Assembly: GCA_044342325.1 (NCBI GenBank)
Contig: JBIIPZ010000008.1
Span: 1 to 64,000 of the forward strand
DNA from: Terrimicrobiaceae bacterium
Lineage (GTDB): Bacteria > Verrucomicrobiota > Verrucomicrobiia > Chthoniobacterales > Terrimicrobiaceae
DNA length: 64,000 nt
Reading direction: 5' to 3'
The notes beneath the pieces are model-generated. The model saw only the letters and a program-made list of their open reading frames with translations. It did not search any database and had not been told where the DNA came from. The stretch's first letter is position 1; each line of letters starts with the position of its first letter. The position numbers were made by a program, and so were the translations under genes. Shown piece by piece: positions 30,093 to 39,260 of this stretch.

Positions 30093-31349
30093 ATGAAATT
30101 TTCAGCACTCGGTCAGAATCTCTCCGGCGGTAGCGGCATCGAGAGCCTCATGGACGATTTGGGCAAAGCGCTTTCAGGAGTCGGTCCCGCCCCGCTTATG
30201 CTGGGAGGGGGAAATCCCGCGCACATCCCGGAAATGGAGGCTGTCTGGAAAGCGCGCATGGAACAAATCACAGCCGACCCTGCCGTGCTGCGGCGCACGC
30301 TGGCGATCTACGATCCGCCTTGTGGCAATGCGGGTGTGCTGGAGTCCCTCGCCGGTTTGCTTCGCAACGAATTCGGGTGGCCGGTAGGCCCGGAGAATAT
30401 TGCGGTGACGCCCGGTGGGCAGACGGCATTTTACTTTCTTTTCAATCTTTTCGGTGGCCGCCGTGCCGATGGAACGCCCGGTCGCATTCTTTTCCCGCTC
30501 ATGCCGGAATACATCGGCTACGCAAATCAGGCCCTCGAGCCGGGAATGTTCGCCGGAGTCCAGCCCGGCATTTCGCGCACCAGTCCGCATCGCTTCAAAT
30601 ACCATGTGGATTTTAAAAATCTGAATCCGGGTTCTGATATTGCCGCGATGTGTGTCTCGAGGCCCACGAATCCCAGCGGGAACCTGATCTCGGATGCCGA
30701 GCTTCGGCATCTCGCAGATATTGCCGCTCAGCGTGAGATCCCGCTCATCATCGACAATGCATACGGCTGGCCATTTCCTGGAATCGTTTTTGGCGAGGTC
30801 AAGCCGCTCTGGAGCGGTCAAACCGTGCATGTGATGAGCCTGTCGAAATTCGGCCTGCCCGGCACGCGAACCGCTTTTGTGGTGGCTCCGCCCGAGGTAG
30901 CTGCCGCCGTTTCGTCCATGATGGCGGTGAGTGGTCTCGCGAATGGAAACTTCGGTCAGGCGATCGCGGGTCCGCTCATTGCCAGTGGCGAAATCGTTCG
31001 CCTCAGCCGCGAGATCATTCGGCCCTTCTATCTTCGAAAACGAGACGCCGCACTCGAGGCGATCGCGGAATTTTTCCCGGTGGATGCCCCATATGCCCTC
31101 CATGAAAGTGAAGGCGCCCTCTTCCTTTGGCTCTGGCTGGATGGAGCAAAAAAGACCTCCCGCGAGCTGTATGAAATCCTCAAGAAACGCGGAGTTCTCG
31201 TCGTGCCGGGGGATTATTTCTTTTTCGGCTTGCCGGACGAGGATTGGCGCCACCGCCGGGAATGCCTCCGCATCTCATTCGCCATGAGCGATGCGGAGGT
31301 GCGTGCGGGGCTCAAAATCATCGGCGAGGAAGTCGCGCAAGCCTTCTGA
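30093..31349 (+). CDS. avtA: Valine--pyruvate transaminase
   Basis: SGIESLMDDL, MLGGGNPA, PEYIGY, SRPTNPSGN, IDNAYG.PFP, SLSK.GLPG.R. Confidence 0.9.
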   Translation: MKFSALGQNLSGGSGIESLMDDLGKALSGVGPAPLMLGGGNPAHIPEMEAVWKARMEQITADPAVLRRTLAIYDPPCGNAGVLESLAGLLRNEFGWPVGPENIAVTPGGQTAFYFLFNLFGGRRADGTPGRILFPLMPEYIGYANQALEPGMFAGVQPGISRTSPHRFKYHVDFKNLNPGSDIAAMCVSRPTNPSGNLISDAELRHLADIAAQREIPLIIDNAYGWPFPGIVFGEVKPLWSGQTVHVMSLSKFGLPGTRTAFVVAPPEVAAAVSSMMAVSGLANGNFGQAIAGPLIASGEIVRLSREIIRPFYLRKRDAALEAIAEFFPVDAPYALHESEGALFLWLWLDGAKKTSRELYEILKKRGVLVVPGDYFFFGLPDEDWRHRRECLRISFAMSDAEVRAGLKIIGEEVAQAF

Positions 31350-31355
31350 GTCCCC

Positions 31356-31393
31356 AAAAAAAGGCGTTTCGCATGTGCTGCGAAACGCCTTTT
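31356..31393. terminator. Bidirectional intrinsic terminator
   Basis: AAAAGGCGTTTCGCA-tgtgc-TGCGAAACGCCTTTT hairpin with A and T tracts, between convergent genes. Confidence 0.85.
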
Positions 31394-31411
31394 CGTTAAG
31401 TTGATTATGTA

Positions 31412-31831
31412 TTATCCTTGGTGGTTCGTGCCGGAGAGAATCCGCCAGTTGCCGCTTTCCAGTTTTTGGAACTGGCCAAGCTTTTTGCCTGTGGTGCTGA
31501 ACCATACATGAACTTGTGCAACCGGTTTCTCAACTTTTTCAGCAAGTTCCTTGACCCCTGCGCCCACTTCACCGGCGGCTTGCAGGAGTTTAATGATTTG
31601 CTCTTGCATAAAGCCTTTTGGCGAGCGTGGTTTCTTTGGGCCCTTGGCTACTCCACGGCGTTTTTTGATGGATTTTGCGCGGAGGATGCGGGTTGCCGCA
31701 AGGACTTCTCCAGAGGCGAGTCCCGCGATTTCTTTTTCCACTTGTGCCACCTTGGCCAGCAGGGTTTCTTTTTTCTTGGTAAGAGAAAGAAGTGCCGTCA
31801 AAGTTTGTGTATTGATATCTGTTACTTTCAT
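31412..31831 (-). CDS. Small basic protein: coiled coil, K/R-rich linker and probable winged-HTH
   Basis: KKKETLLAKVAQVEKEI heptads, KSIKKRRGVAKGPKKPRSPK linker, IIKLLQAAG..G.GVKELAEKV...VHVWFSTTGKK. Confidence 0.75.
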   Translation of the reverse strand: MKVTDINTQTLTALLSLTKKKETLLAKVAQVEKEIAGLASGEVLAATRILRAKSIKKRRGVAKGPKKPRSPKGFMQEQIIKLLQAAGEVGAGVKELAEKVEKPVAQVHVWFSTTGKKLGQFQKLESGNWRILSGTNHQG

Positions 31832-31878
31832 CAGGATTCTAAAAAACAAGGAATGTGAGTGTGCTGCAAGAAAAAAAT

Positions 31879-32550
31879 ATGCCAGCGGAAATTTTTAAAA
31901 TAGAACCCAAAATACTTGATTATGGGCAGTTTGATGTATGGCTGCCTAAGGGAAATCCTGATAGCAATCTCTTAAGTCCGGAGGAACTGGACCGACTTCA
32001 TGCGATCTCCAGTCAAAATGCGCGTCAAACATTTCTTTTAAGTAGATGTGCAATTAAATCTATTGTAAAATATTATACAAAAAATAGCGATTTTATCTCC
32101 GAGGTTCATACGCATCCCGGAGGTAAGCCGTTTTTAATTAATTTGCAGGACTTGCACTTCAGTTTAAGCCATACGGGAAGTGAAGTGGCGATTGTCTTTT
32201 CGCGGTCGCCGGTTGGATTTGATATGGAAAAATCCGACCGTCGCACCGACTTCCTTGCTCTGGCCAAGCGATTTTTTACGGCGGCCGAATTGGCTGGTAT
32301 GGTGGCTGCCGGAATGGATTCCGGTAAAAGCTTTTTGGAGCTTTGGACAGCTAAGGAAGCGATTTTAAAGTTGGAAGGAACAGGGATTTCCGGCGGTCTT
32401 GATCGCGCGCTTATTCTGAGTGAATCGGAAGGCGACTTGGACGGACGGCGCGTTCACCTGCACCGCATCGAGTGGCCTGGCTTGATTGCCAAACTGGCGT
32501 CATTTGAAAAACCAGTCGCAGTAAGAATGAGGGAGTTAATTCTCCAATAA
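31879..32550 (+). CDS. Sfp-type 4'-phosphopantetheinyl transferase
   Basis: GKP, FSLSHT, VGFDME, WTAKEAILK..G.G. Confidence 0.9.
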   Translation: MPAEIFKIEPKILDYGQFDVWLPKGNPDSNLLSPEELDRLHAISSQNARQTFLLSRCAIKSIVKYYTKNSDFISEVHTHPGGKPFLINLQDLHFSLSHTGSEVAIVFSRSPVGFDMEKSDRRTDFLALAKRFFTAAELAGMVAAGMDSGKSFLELWTAKEAILKLEGTGISGGLDRALILSESEGDLDGRRVHLHRIEWPGLIAKLASFEKPVAVRMRELILQ

Positions 32551-34260
32551 TCTCTTACGCGCTGCTTCGAGATTTATTTTGGCGTCTTGCAGGTCAGGGG
32601 TGATCTGGAGAGCCCTCTCAAAGCACTTCACGGATTCTGGAATTCGGTTTTCTTGGAAAAGGCTCACGCCGAGATTGCAAAGAAAAGTAGGATTTTCGGG
32701 AAATCTCCTAACCAAATCGGCATAAATCTCCGATGCCTCCCGGTATTGTCCATCCAGCCAAAGCGCTCGGGCGAGGTTGGCTTGAATGGCTATGATTCTT
32801 GGCGACAAGCGCATGGCTTCCCGAAATTCCTCGATGGCCGCCTTCGTGTCTTTGGTTGCCAGCACGCCGGAGCCGAGGTTGTTGCGGGTTTCCGCGAGGT
32901 CCGGCCGTAGCCTCACCGCCTCGCGGAAATGCGGTAGCGCGACATCGATTTTTCCTCGATTGAATTCCCGTGCGCCGAGCCGGTTGTGCGCCTGCCAGCA
33001 GTCCCAGTTGTGCCGGAGCGTGTAGCTCCACAGTTTATCCTCGTTTTCCCATATAGCTGCATAATTGTGGCTTAAAAGGGTGAGCCCTCCTGCGACAAGA
33101 ATGCCGCCGCTAAAGAGAATTTGTTTTCCCGTATCACTCGCCCTCGCAAATGCCGAGCCGGTTGCCGCCGCCGCCAACGCGATGATTCCAATCATCGGGA
33201 TGTAGAGGAAATGATCCGCCACCCAGCCGACTCGCATGTAGGACATCGCCACGAAACCCAGCACCGGCAGGATGGTGATGAAATAAAATCCAAAAGCCAT
33301 CAGTGCGTGGCGGCCCCAGGTTTTGCGCCGCATCCAGAAAAAAACGAACGCTCCAATGATGAGCAGCCAAGGGAGAAACTGGTAGGCTTCAGGCGGGTTC
33401 GCCTTCCATTGCGGGTAGATCGGCAGCAGCGTGAGAGGCCAAAAAATCTTCGTCAGGTAAAACAGCAGCGCCATCCCGGCTATAGCCAGTCGAGAGTCAA
33501 ACCCGCCGATCGGAATCGGTTCATCGCCGATGGCGCGGTTCAATTGGAAGTGAAGAGTGATCAAACCCAGCAAGAGCGAAATGAGGAAAAACGGCGCGCT
33601 GCGCAGTATGTCGCGCCAAGCAATTCCGCCCCGCAGCCACCAAGCGTGCAGGAGCATCACGCACGGAAACATGACGACCGAGCTTTTCCCCAGCATGGCG
33701 GCGAGGAACAGCCCCAGCGCAGCGAAGTAAAAGCGGCGCCCGGATCCCTGCTCAAAGCGGACGACGCACCAGGCCGCAGCCAAAAAAAACGGGAGTGAAA
33801 GCGTGTTTTTCAACTCCGAGATCCAAGCCACAGACTCCACACCCAGCGGATGCACAGCAAAGATCAGGCCTGCGAACCAGGCCGCCCGGAGGCGCATTTG
33901 TCGCAAGAGTCCCCAAAGCAGGCAGGAGGCAAGCGCGTGGAGGATGATGGAGACGATGTGGTAGCCCGTGGAATCAAGTCCAAAGAACCTCCACTGCAGC
34001 CAGAGCGCGCTCATGGTGAGTGGCAGATAATCCGCCGTCGCGGGTGCGAACCACAACCTGCCAAGTCCATCGGCAGCCTGCACATCCGCGTTGTTGGTCA
34101 GCAGGTAGTCGTCGTCCCAGAGCCATTCGCCATCGTAAACGGGCGAGTAAATCCAAAAGCAGGCCATGAAAATGACAGCCACTTTCAGAAGCGGGAGCAT
34201 CCACTGAGGGGTTGTTGCAGGCCGAGGCACCCGCAAGCACTCCCAAAAACGGAGTGTCAT
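32536..34260 (-). CDS. Polytopic membrane protein with C-terminal TPRs, TMTC-like putative GT-C glycosyltransferase
   Basis: WDD in the first loop, Y.PLT, FAVHP..VESVAWISE.K, ADHFLYIP, about 10 TM segments and 4-5 TPR repeats. Confidence 0.8.
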   Translation of the reverse strand: MTLRFWECLRVPRPATTPQWMLPLLKVAVIFMACFWIYSPVYDGEWLWDDDYLLTNNADVQAADGLGRLWFAPATADYLPLTMSALWLQWRFFGLDSTGYHIVSIILHALASCLLWGLLRQMRLRAAWFAGLIFAVHPLGVESVAWISELKNTLSLPFFLAAAWCVVRFEQGSGRRFYFAALGLFLAAMLGKSSVVMFPCVMLLHAWWLRGGIAWRDILRSAPFFLISLLLGLITLHFQLNRAIGDEPIPIGGFDSRLAIAGMALLFYLTKIFWPLTLLPIYPQWKANPPEAYQFLPWLLIIGAFVFFWMRRKTWGRHALMAFGFYFITILPVLGFVAMSYMRVGWVADHFLYIPMIGIIALAAAATGSAFARASDTGKQILFSGGILVAGGLTLLSHNYAAIWENEDKLWSYTLRHNWDCWQAHNRLGAREFNRGKIDVALPHFREAVRLRPDLAETRNNLGSGVLATKDTKAAIEEFREAMRLSPRIIAIQANLARALWLDGQYREASEIYADLVRRFPENPTFLCNLGVSLFQENRIPESVKCFERALQITPDLQDAKINLEAARKRLLEN

Positions 34261-34334
34261 GTCATGGAAAAACCTGATGGCCCGTAGCGCGGGAATCGCT
34301 TGCGAAACCCGCTTGGAGGCAGGATATTTTTTTC

Positions 34335-34553
34335 ATGAATGAAAACCAAGGATCGGCGGGTAATGTAATCGCGGCTGTTTGCAGCTTCTTTTTTCCAGGC
34401 CTTGGGCAATTGGTGCAAGGTCGTGTGCTTGCGGCCTTGCTCTTCTTTGTTGGCGCGGGCGTCGTTTGGTTCATCAGCTTTGGCATGCTTGGCTGGATTA
34501 TCCACATTTGGTCCTGCATCAACGCCGCACTCTGGAAACCAGGGAGGATGTGA
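34335..34553 (+). CDS. Small membrane protein (PGLGQ motif)
   Basis: 72 aa, SFFFPGLGQLVQGR plus hydrophobic helices; stop overlaps the next ATG. Confidence 0.75.
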   Translation: MNENQGSAGNVIAAVCSFFFPGLGQLVQGRVLAALLFFVGAGVVWFISFGMLGWIIHIWSCINAALWKPGRM

Positions 34554-36028
34554 TGACTCTGAAAAACTATGTGAACGGCGCATTCGTTCCCGCGTGGAAC
34601 GGAAATGTGCGTTCGTTTCACAATCCCGCCGACAATTCGCAACTCGGCGAGGTGGCGGACTCCTCGATTGAGGATGTGGACAAAGCGGTGAGAGCCGCCC
34701 GCGAGGCCTTTGACAATGGTCCGTGGCCCCGGACTCCGGCTACAGAGCGGGCCAGTCGCCTTTTTAAGCTCGCCGATCTCATCGAGTCGCGTGCTGTGGA
34801 GTTTGCAGAAATGGAGACGCGCAACTGCGGCAAGCCCCTCCGTGAGTCCCGCTTCGACGTCGCGGATGCCGCCGCCTGCTTCCGCTACTACGCCGGGCTT
34901 GCCTCGAAGCCTCACGGGCAGACCTTTGAAGTCGGTGATGCGAATATCGTCTGCCAGACCGTGCGCGAGCCGATCGGAGTCTGCGGCCAGATCGTTCCTT
35001 GGAACTACCCGCTTCTCATGGCCGCCTGGAAGCTGGCTCCCGGCCTTGCGGCGGGAAATTGCTGCATCTTGAAGCCTTCCGAGTTCACACCGCTCTCCGC
35101 CTCGTTGCTTTTCGAGCTGATTGATGAGGTGGGGTTCCCCCCAGGCGTCGTGCAGTTGCTTTACGGGCTGGGTAACCCCGTGGGCGCGCGACTCGCCGAG
35201 AGTCCGCTGGTCGATAAAATCGCCTTCACTGGCGGAGGCGACACCGGTCGCAAAATCCTTGCCGCCGCCGCCTCGAATTTCAAAAAAGTCTCGCTCGAAC
35301 TCGGCGGCAAGAGCCCGAACATCGTGTTTGCGGATTCCGACCACGACCACGCTCTCGAGTATGCGCTTTTCGCTATTTTTGCGGGTCAAGGCGAGGTCTG
35401 TAGCGCTGGTTCCCGCCTGCTCCTTGAGCGCAGTCTCGCCGATTCTTTCCTGCCGAGACTCGCCGCCGCTGCCGAAAAAATCGTCGTCGGCCCCGGCATG
35501 GACGAGGCCACTGAAATGGGGCCGCTCATCTCCCGCGCGCACCAGAAAAAAGTCCTCGAGCACATCCAGAGCGCCTGCTGTGAGGGCGCCCAACTCCTCG
35601 TCGGAGGCTCCGCCTACAATGACCAGCGCAGCGCCGGAAACTTCGTGCAGCCCACGATTTTTACCGCTGTGAAACCCGCTATGCGCATCGTGCGGGAGGA
35701 AATCTTCGGGCCGGTCCTAGCCGTTCAGCTTTTCGACACCGAGGACGAAGCTGTCCACATCGCAAACGACACCACCTACGGCCTCGCTGCCGGAGTTTTC
35801 ACGAGGGATGCCTCGAAGGCCCAGCGCGTCGTCCGCCGCCTCCGCGCTGGCATCACTTGGATCAATACCTACCACCCCACCTTCAACGAAGCCCCCTGGG
35901 GCGGCTACAAACAAAGCGGCATGGGACGCGAACTCGGCACCTACGGCTACGAGGCCTACACCGAGGTCAAACAGATCACCCAGTGCATCAATCCCCAGCC
36001 TCTCGGCTGGTTCCGCTCGGCACCCTGA
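34553..36028 (+). CDS. NAD(P)-dependent aldehyde dehydrogenase (betaine aldehyde dehydrogenase-like)
   Basis: PWNYPL, KPSE, FTGG, LELGGKSP, GEVCSAG, EEIFGPV, GGYKQSG.GRELG. Confidence 0.93.
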   Translation: MTLKNYVNGAFVPAWNGNVRSFHNPADNSQLGEVADSSIEDVDKAVRAAREAFDNGPWPRTPATERASRLFKLADLIESRAVEFAEMETRNCGKPLRESRFDVADAAACFRYYAGLASKPHGQTFEVGDANIVCQTVREPIGVCGQIVPWNYPLLMAAWKLAPGLAAGNCCILKPSEFTPLSASLLFELIDEVGFPPGVVQLLYGLGNPVGARLAESPLVDKIAFTGGGDTGRKILAAAASNFKKVSLELGGKSPNIVFADSDHDHALEYALFAIFAGQGEVCSAGSRLLLERSLADSFLPRLAAAAEKIVVGPGMDEATEMGPLISRAHQKKVLEHIQSACCEGAQLLVGGSAYNDQRSAGNFVQPTIFTAVKPAMRIVREEIFGPVLAVQLFDTEDEAVHIANDTTYGLAAGVFTRDASKAQRVVRRLRAGITWINTYHPTFNEAPWGGYKQSGMGRELGTYGYEAYTEVKQITQCINPQPLGWFRSAP

Positions 36029-36033
36029 TTTCT

Positions 36034-36834
36034 GTGCCCGTCTTCCTCGTCGCTTTTTTCCTCGCGCTTCCGATCGCTTGCGCGTGGCAGTCCACGGTTG
36101 CGCCGAATACTCCCGGGCCGTTCCCCGCCATTCGCCCATTCCAAGCCGAATACCGCCTCGGCTGGGCAGAGATCGAGGCTGCCAAAGCCCGCGCTGCCAT
36201 TTCTTATGATGGAGGCCATACCCTGTTCGCTGGATCCGGTGGCACGACCGGCTTTGCCCGCACCCTTTATCAACTCGACGCCACACTCAATGCCGCCGCC
36301 GCCAGTTCCAGCCTCGAGACGATTCGTTCCGAGCAACTCGAAAAATACGCCACCCGCACCTTATCCACGCGCATCGAGGGCAAAAGCGGCAATCTGACCA
36401 GCCTGCGCGAGTGGATTTCGCCCGGATCCAAGCCTGGCCGTTGGAAGCCAGTCAAAATCTCTCCCGTCCGCGATCTCTTCGCTGCCTCCCTCTTCATCCG
36501 TAGCCAATCCCTCGCAAAAGGCGAAAAAGTCCGCACCCTCGTCTTCCCGGGCGGCTCTCCCTTTCTCGTCGATATCGAATCCCTCGGACCCGAGAAAATC
36601 TCCATCGCTGGATCACTCCGCGACGCCCTCCGCCTCGACATCAAAATCCAAAGCGTGAACACAAAAAAAGGCAACGCCCTTGAGCCCCACCGCAAATTCC
36701 GCTCCGGCACCCTCTGGCTCAGCAACGACGCCGACCGCATCCTCCTCAGAGCCGAGGTCCAAGTCTTCGTCGGCTATGTCTTCGCGGAGTTGTCTTCGTT
36801 CGCACCAAGCGGCGGAGTTTTCGAATCACGCTGA
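36034..36834 (+). CDS. DUF3108-like exported protein (start uncertain)
   Basis: Signal-like N-terminus, YRLGW, LWLSNDADRILLR.EV.VFVG C-terminal pattern. Confidence 0.65.
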   Translation: MPVFLVAFFLALPIACAWQSTVAPNTPGPFPAIRPFQAEYRLGWAEIEAAKARAAISYDGGHTLFAGSGGTTGFARTLYQLDATLNAAAASSSLETIRSEQLEKYATRTLSTRIEGKSGNLTSLREWISPGSKPGRWKPVKISPVRDLFAASLFIRSQSLAKGEKVRTLVFPGGSPFLVDIESLGPEKISIAGSLRDALRLDIKIQSVNTKKGNALEPHRKFRSGTLWLSNDADRILLRAEVQVFVGYVFAELSSFAPSGGVFESR

Positions 36835-36847
36835 CGCTACGGTGTTG

Positions 36848-37468
36848 TCAGGATTCAGTGGTATCCGAGTCCGTGCTCTTGCCGCGCTTTTTACGAGGTT
36901 TTCTTTTGGAGGCTTTGGGCGCGCGCGGCGTTGGGGTTTCCGCCGATGCAGGTTCGCTTTCCGTGTCTTGGGTATTTAAATCCAGTTCCGCGAGAAAGAC
37001 GGCATCCTCCGGAGTATCGCCGCCGAAGAGGACCCGCATGTAGGCCGGAAAATAGCGGTCTGCCGTGGAAAGCGCCGACCCGATGATGCGGCGGATGACT
37101 TCATCCTCCAAGCGCCCGTCTCCGATGATGTGGCTGATGTGGTAGCGCGCCTCGCCATCGCGCAAGTCCACCTCGAATGCCCCAAGGACGAGACCGTAGT
37201 TCACTCGGGTGAAGAACTCCGTCACGCTCGGCCGCATTTTTTCATCCTTCGCCAGCACCGGGTAGTTAAGATGGATTTGAAAAATCTCGTCGTCATTGGA
37301 AATGCGCAAATGGCATGTATAAAGCGCGTGTCTGCGGCAGATGTTCAGTCGAATGCGCTTTTCCTCGCGGAAGATCGCAAAGCTGAGTTCATTCGCCTCG
37401 CAATGGTCTACGAGCGATTGAAAAGGCGTGCCGAAGCTGGATGAATCAAGATTATCGTTGTTGGACAT
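36848..37468 (-). CDS. YbjN-like domain protein
   Basis: EFFTRVNYGLVLGAFEVDLRDGEARY; basic low-complexity tail. Confidence 0.75.
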   Translation of the reverse strand: MSNNDNLDSSSFGTPFQSLVDHCEANELSFAIFREEKRIRLNICRRHALYTCHLRISNDDEIFQIHLNYPVLAKDEKMRPSVTEFFTRVNYGLVLGAFEVDLRDGEARYHISHIIGDGRLEDEVIRRIIGSALSTADRYFPAYMRVLFGGDTPEDAVFLAELDLNTQDTESEPASAETPTPRAPKASKRKPRKKRGKSTDSDTTES

Positions 37469-37689
37469 AAAAATGGGTGTGCTGGAGTTCGGGTTCCAAT
37501 AATTGGCCGCTACTCATACTTTCTCCATTGTCGCACGAGGTGCAACATGTGTTCTGAATCTGCGTGTCGGGTAGGGGGGCGGGGTGTGAATGAATCGCCA
37601 CCGCACAACAGTGCGCAGTATTTGAAAGTGGAAACAATTATTGCCGGTTGATGCTTTAACTGGTAGTAATATTTTCCAGTTTACCTAAA

Positions 37690-39003
37690 ATGCTTGAGAC
37701 GCTGAAAGAATTGATCCTCGATTTTCAGGAAATGCACTTGAAAACGGGTGTGCCGAGAAGGGTTTCTGTTTCAACAATTCCCGGTAAGGCCACTGTTTGT
37801 ATCGGTGTGCGCCGATGCGGCAAATCCACCTTCATGTTTCAAATCATGAAGCAGATGTTGGATTCCGGTGTCTCGCGGAACAACATTCTATACCTCAATT
37901 TCTTCGATGACCGTCTTCATCGCTTGCAGCAGGAAAATCCGGGGCTGATCCTCGAGGCTTACTTTTCGCTGTATCCGGAAAAAAAGAACACCGAGAAGGT
38001 TTATTGCTTCTTTGATGAAATCCAGATGCTTCCCGGTTGGGAGCGTTTTGTTGATCGTTTGATGCGCACCGAGGAGTGCGAAGTCTATCTCACGGGATCA
38101 TCCGCCCGAATGCTCTCGAAGGAAATTGCCACCGAAATGAGAGGCCGGGCTCTGTCATGGGAAATGTTTCCGTTTTCGTTTCGGGAATTTCTGGATTTCA
38201 AGGGCATCGACAGCAGCGGAGTTTTATCAAGTAAAAGGCGTTTCACCATCCAGCATGCATTCGGTGAATTTTGGGAATGCGGAGGGTTCCCGGAAGTTCT
38301 CGGCCTCGATCGCTGGACTCGGGTTAAAGTCCATCAGGAATATTTCCAGACAATGCTCTTTCGCGATCTCGTGGAGCGGCATGATATCGCCCACCCCAAA
38401 GCGGTGACGGACCTGGCTCACTGGCTGGCGGACAACGCTGGTTCACTTTACTCGGTCAACAATCTCACGGGTTACCTGAAATCCCTCGGCCACAAAGCTC
38501 CGAAATCCGCCGTGGCCGATTATCTCGAATGGTTTCAGGACGCCTATGTCTTCTTCACAGTCCGACTCTTCGACGCCTCGCTGGCAAGATCCAACACCAA
38601 TCCCAAAAAGATTTATTGCATCGATCACGCTCTGGTGAGGTCCGTCAGCTCCGGGGTGCTTATCAATTCCGGCCACTTGCTCGAAAATCTCGTTTTTGCA
38701 GCCTTGCGCCGAGTGGAGCCGGAGATTTTTTATTACAAAACCAAGTCGGGCCGCGAGGTCGACTTCTTGACCTCACGGCGTGGCGACTCGCGCAGGCTCG
38801 TCCAAGTCTGTGAGTCACTGGCGATGCCGGAAACGCGCCAACGGGAAATCACCGCTCTGGGCGAGGCCATGGTCGAGCTGAAATTGACGCAAAGCTGCAT
38901 CGTCACGCGGAGCGAGGAGGATCGTATCGAGTTGGACTCTGGAGTCATCGAGTTGGTTCCTGCCTGGCGTTTCCTTTTGAATTTGCCCGACGGCTCAGGA
39001 TGA
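37690..39003 (+). CDS. AAA_14 ATPase with DUF4143 C-terminal region
   Basis: GVRRCGKS (Walker A), FFDEIQ (Walker B), TGSS, GGFPE, KKIYCID, ENLV, EVDF. Confidence 0.9.
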   Translation: MLETLKELILDFQEMHLKTGVPRRVSVSTIPGKATVCIGVRRCGKSTFMFQIMKQMLDSGVSRNNILYLNFFDDRLHRLQQENPGLILEAYFSLYPEKKNTEKVYCFFDEIQMLPGWERFVDRLMRTEECEVYLTGSSARMLSKEIATEMRGRALSWEMFPFSFREFLDFKGIDSSGVLSSKRRFTIQHAFGEFWECGGFPEVLGLDRWTRVKVHQEYFQTMLFRDLVERHDIAHPKAVTDLAHWLADNAGSLYSVNNLTGYLKSLGHKAPKSAVADYLEWFQDAYVFFTVRLFDASLARSNTNPKKIYCIDHALVRSVSSGVLINSGHLLENLVFAALRRVEPEIFYYKTKSGREVDFLTSRRGDSRRLVQVCESLAMPETRQREITALGEAMVELKLTQSCIVTRSEEDRIELDSGVIELVPAWRFLLNLPDGSG

Positions 39004-39057
39004 GAACACTTGGGTTCGAAAGAACGAGTTCAACTCTCGGCAAGCGCTGGAGGGGGG

Positions 39058-39129
39058 AGCCGACAGTCGGATTCGAACCGACGACCAGCGGTTTACAAAA
39101 CCGCTGCTCTACCACTGAGCTATGTCGGC
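39058..39129 (-). tRNA. tRNA-Thr (anticodon UGU)
   Basis: GCCGACATAGCTCAGTGGTAGAGCAGCGGTTTTGTAAACCGCTGGTCGTCGGTTCGAATCCGACTGTCGGCT folds as a cloverleaf; CCA is not encoded (CCC follows). Confidence 0.97.
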
Positions 39130-39260
39130 GTGGAAGAATGAAGAAGTTTCCACACTTTCGCATTGGATGCAAGAGCCGTTTCAAATGGTTTCAAAGCGCG
39201 AGCGGTGGCGTGTTCTGTCTTTACAGTCCAATGCGGGGACGCTGATATTCCCCGCTCTCA

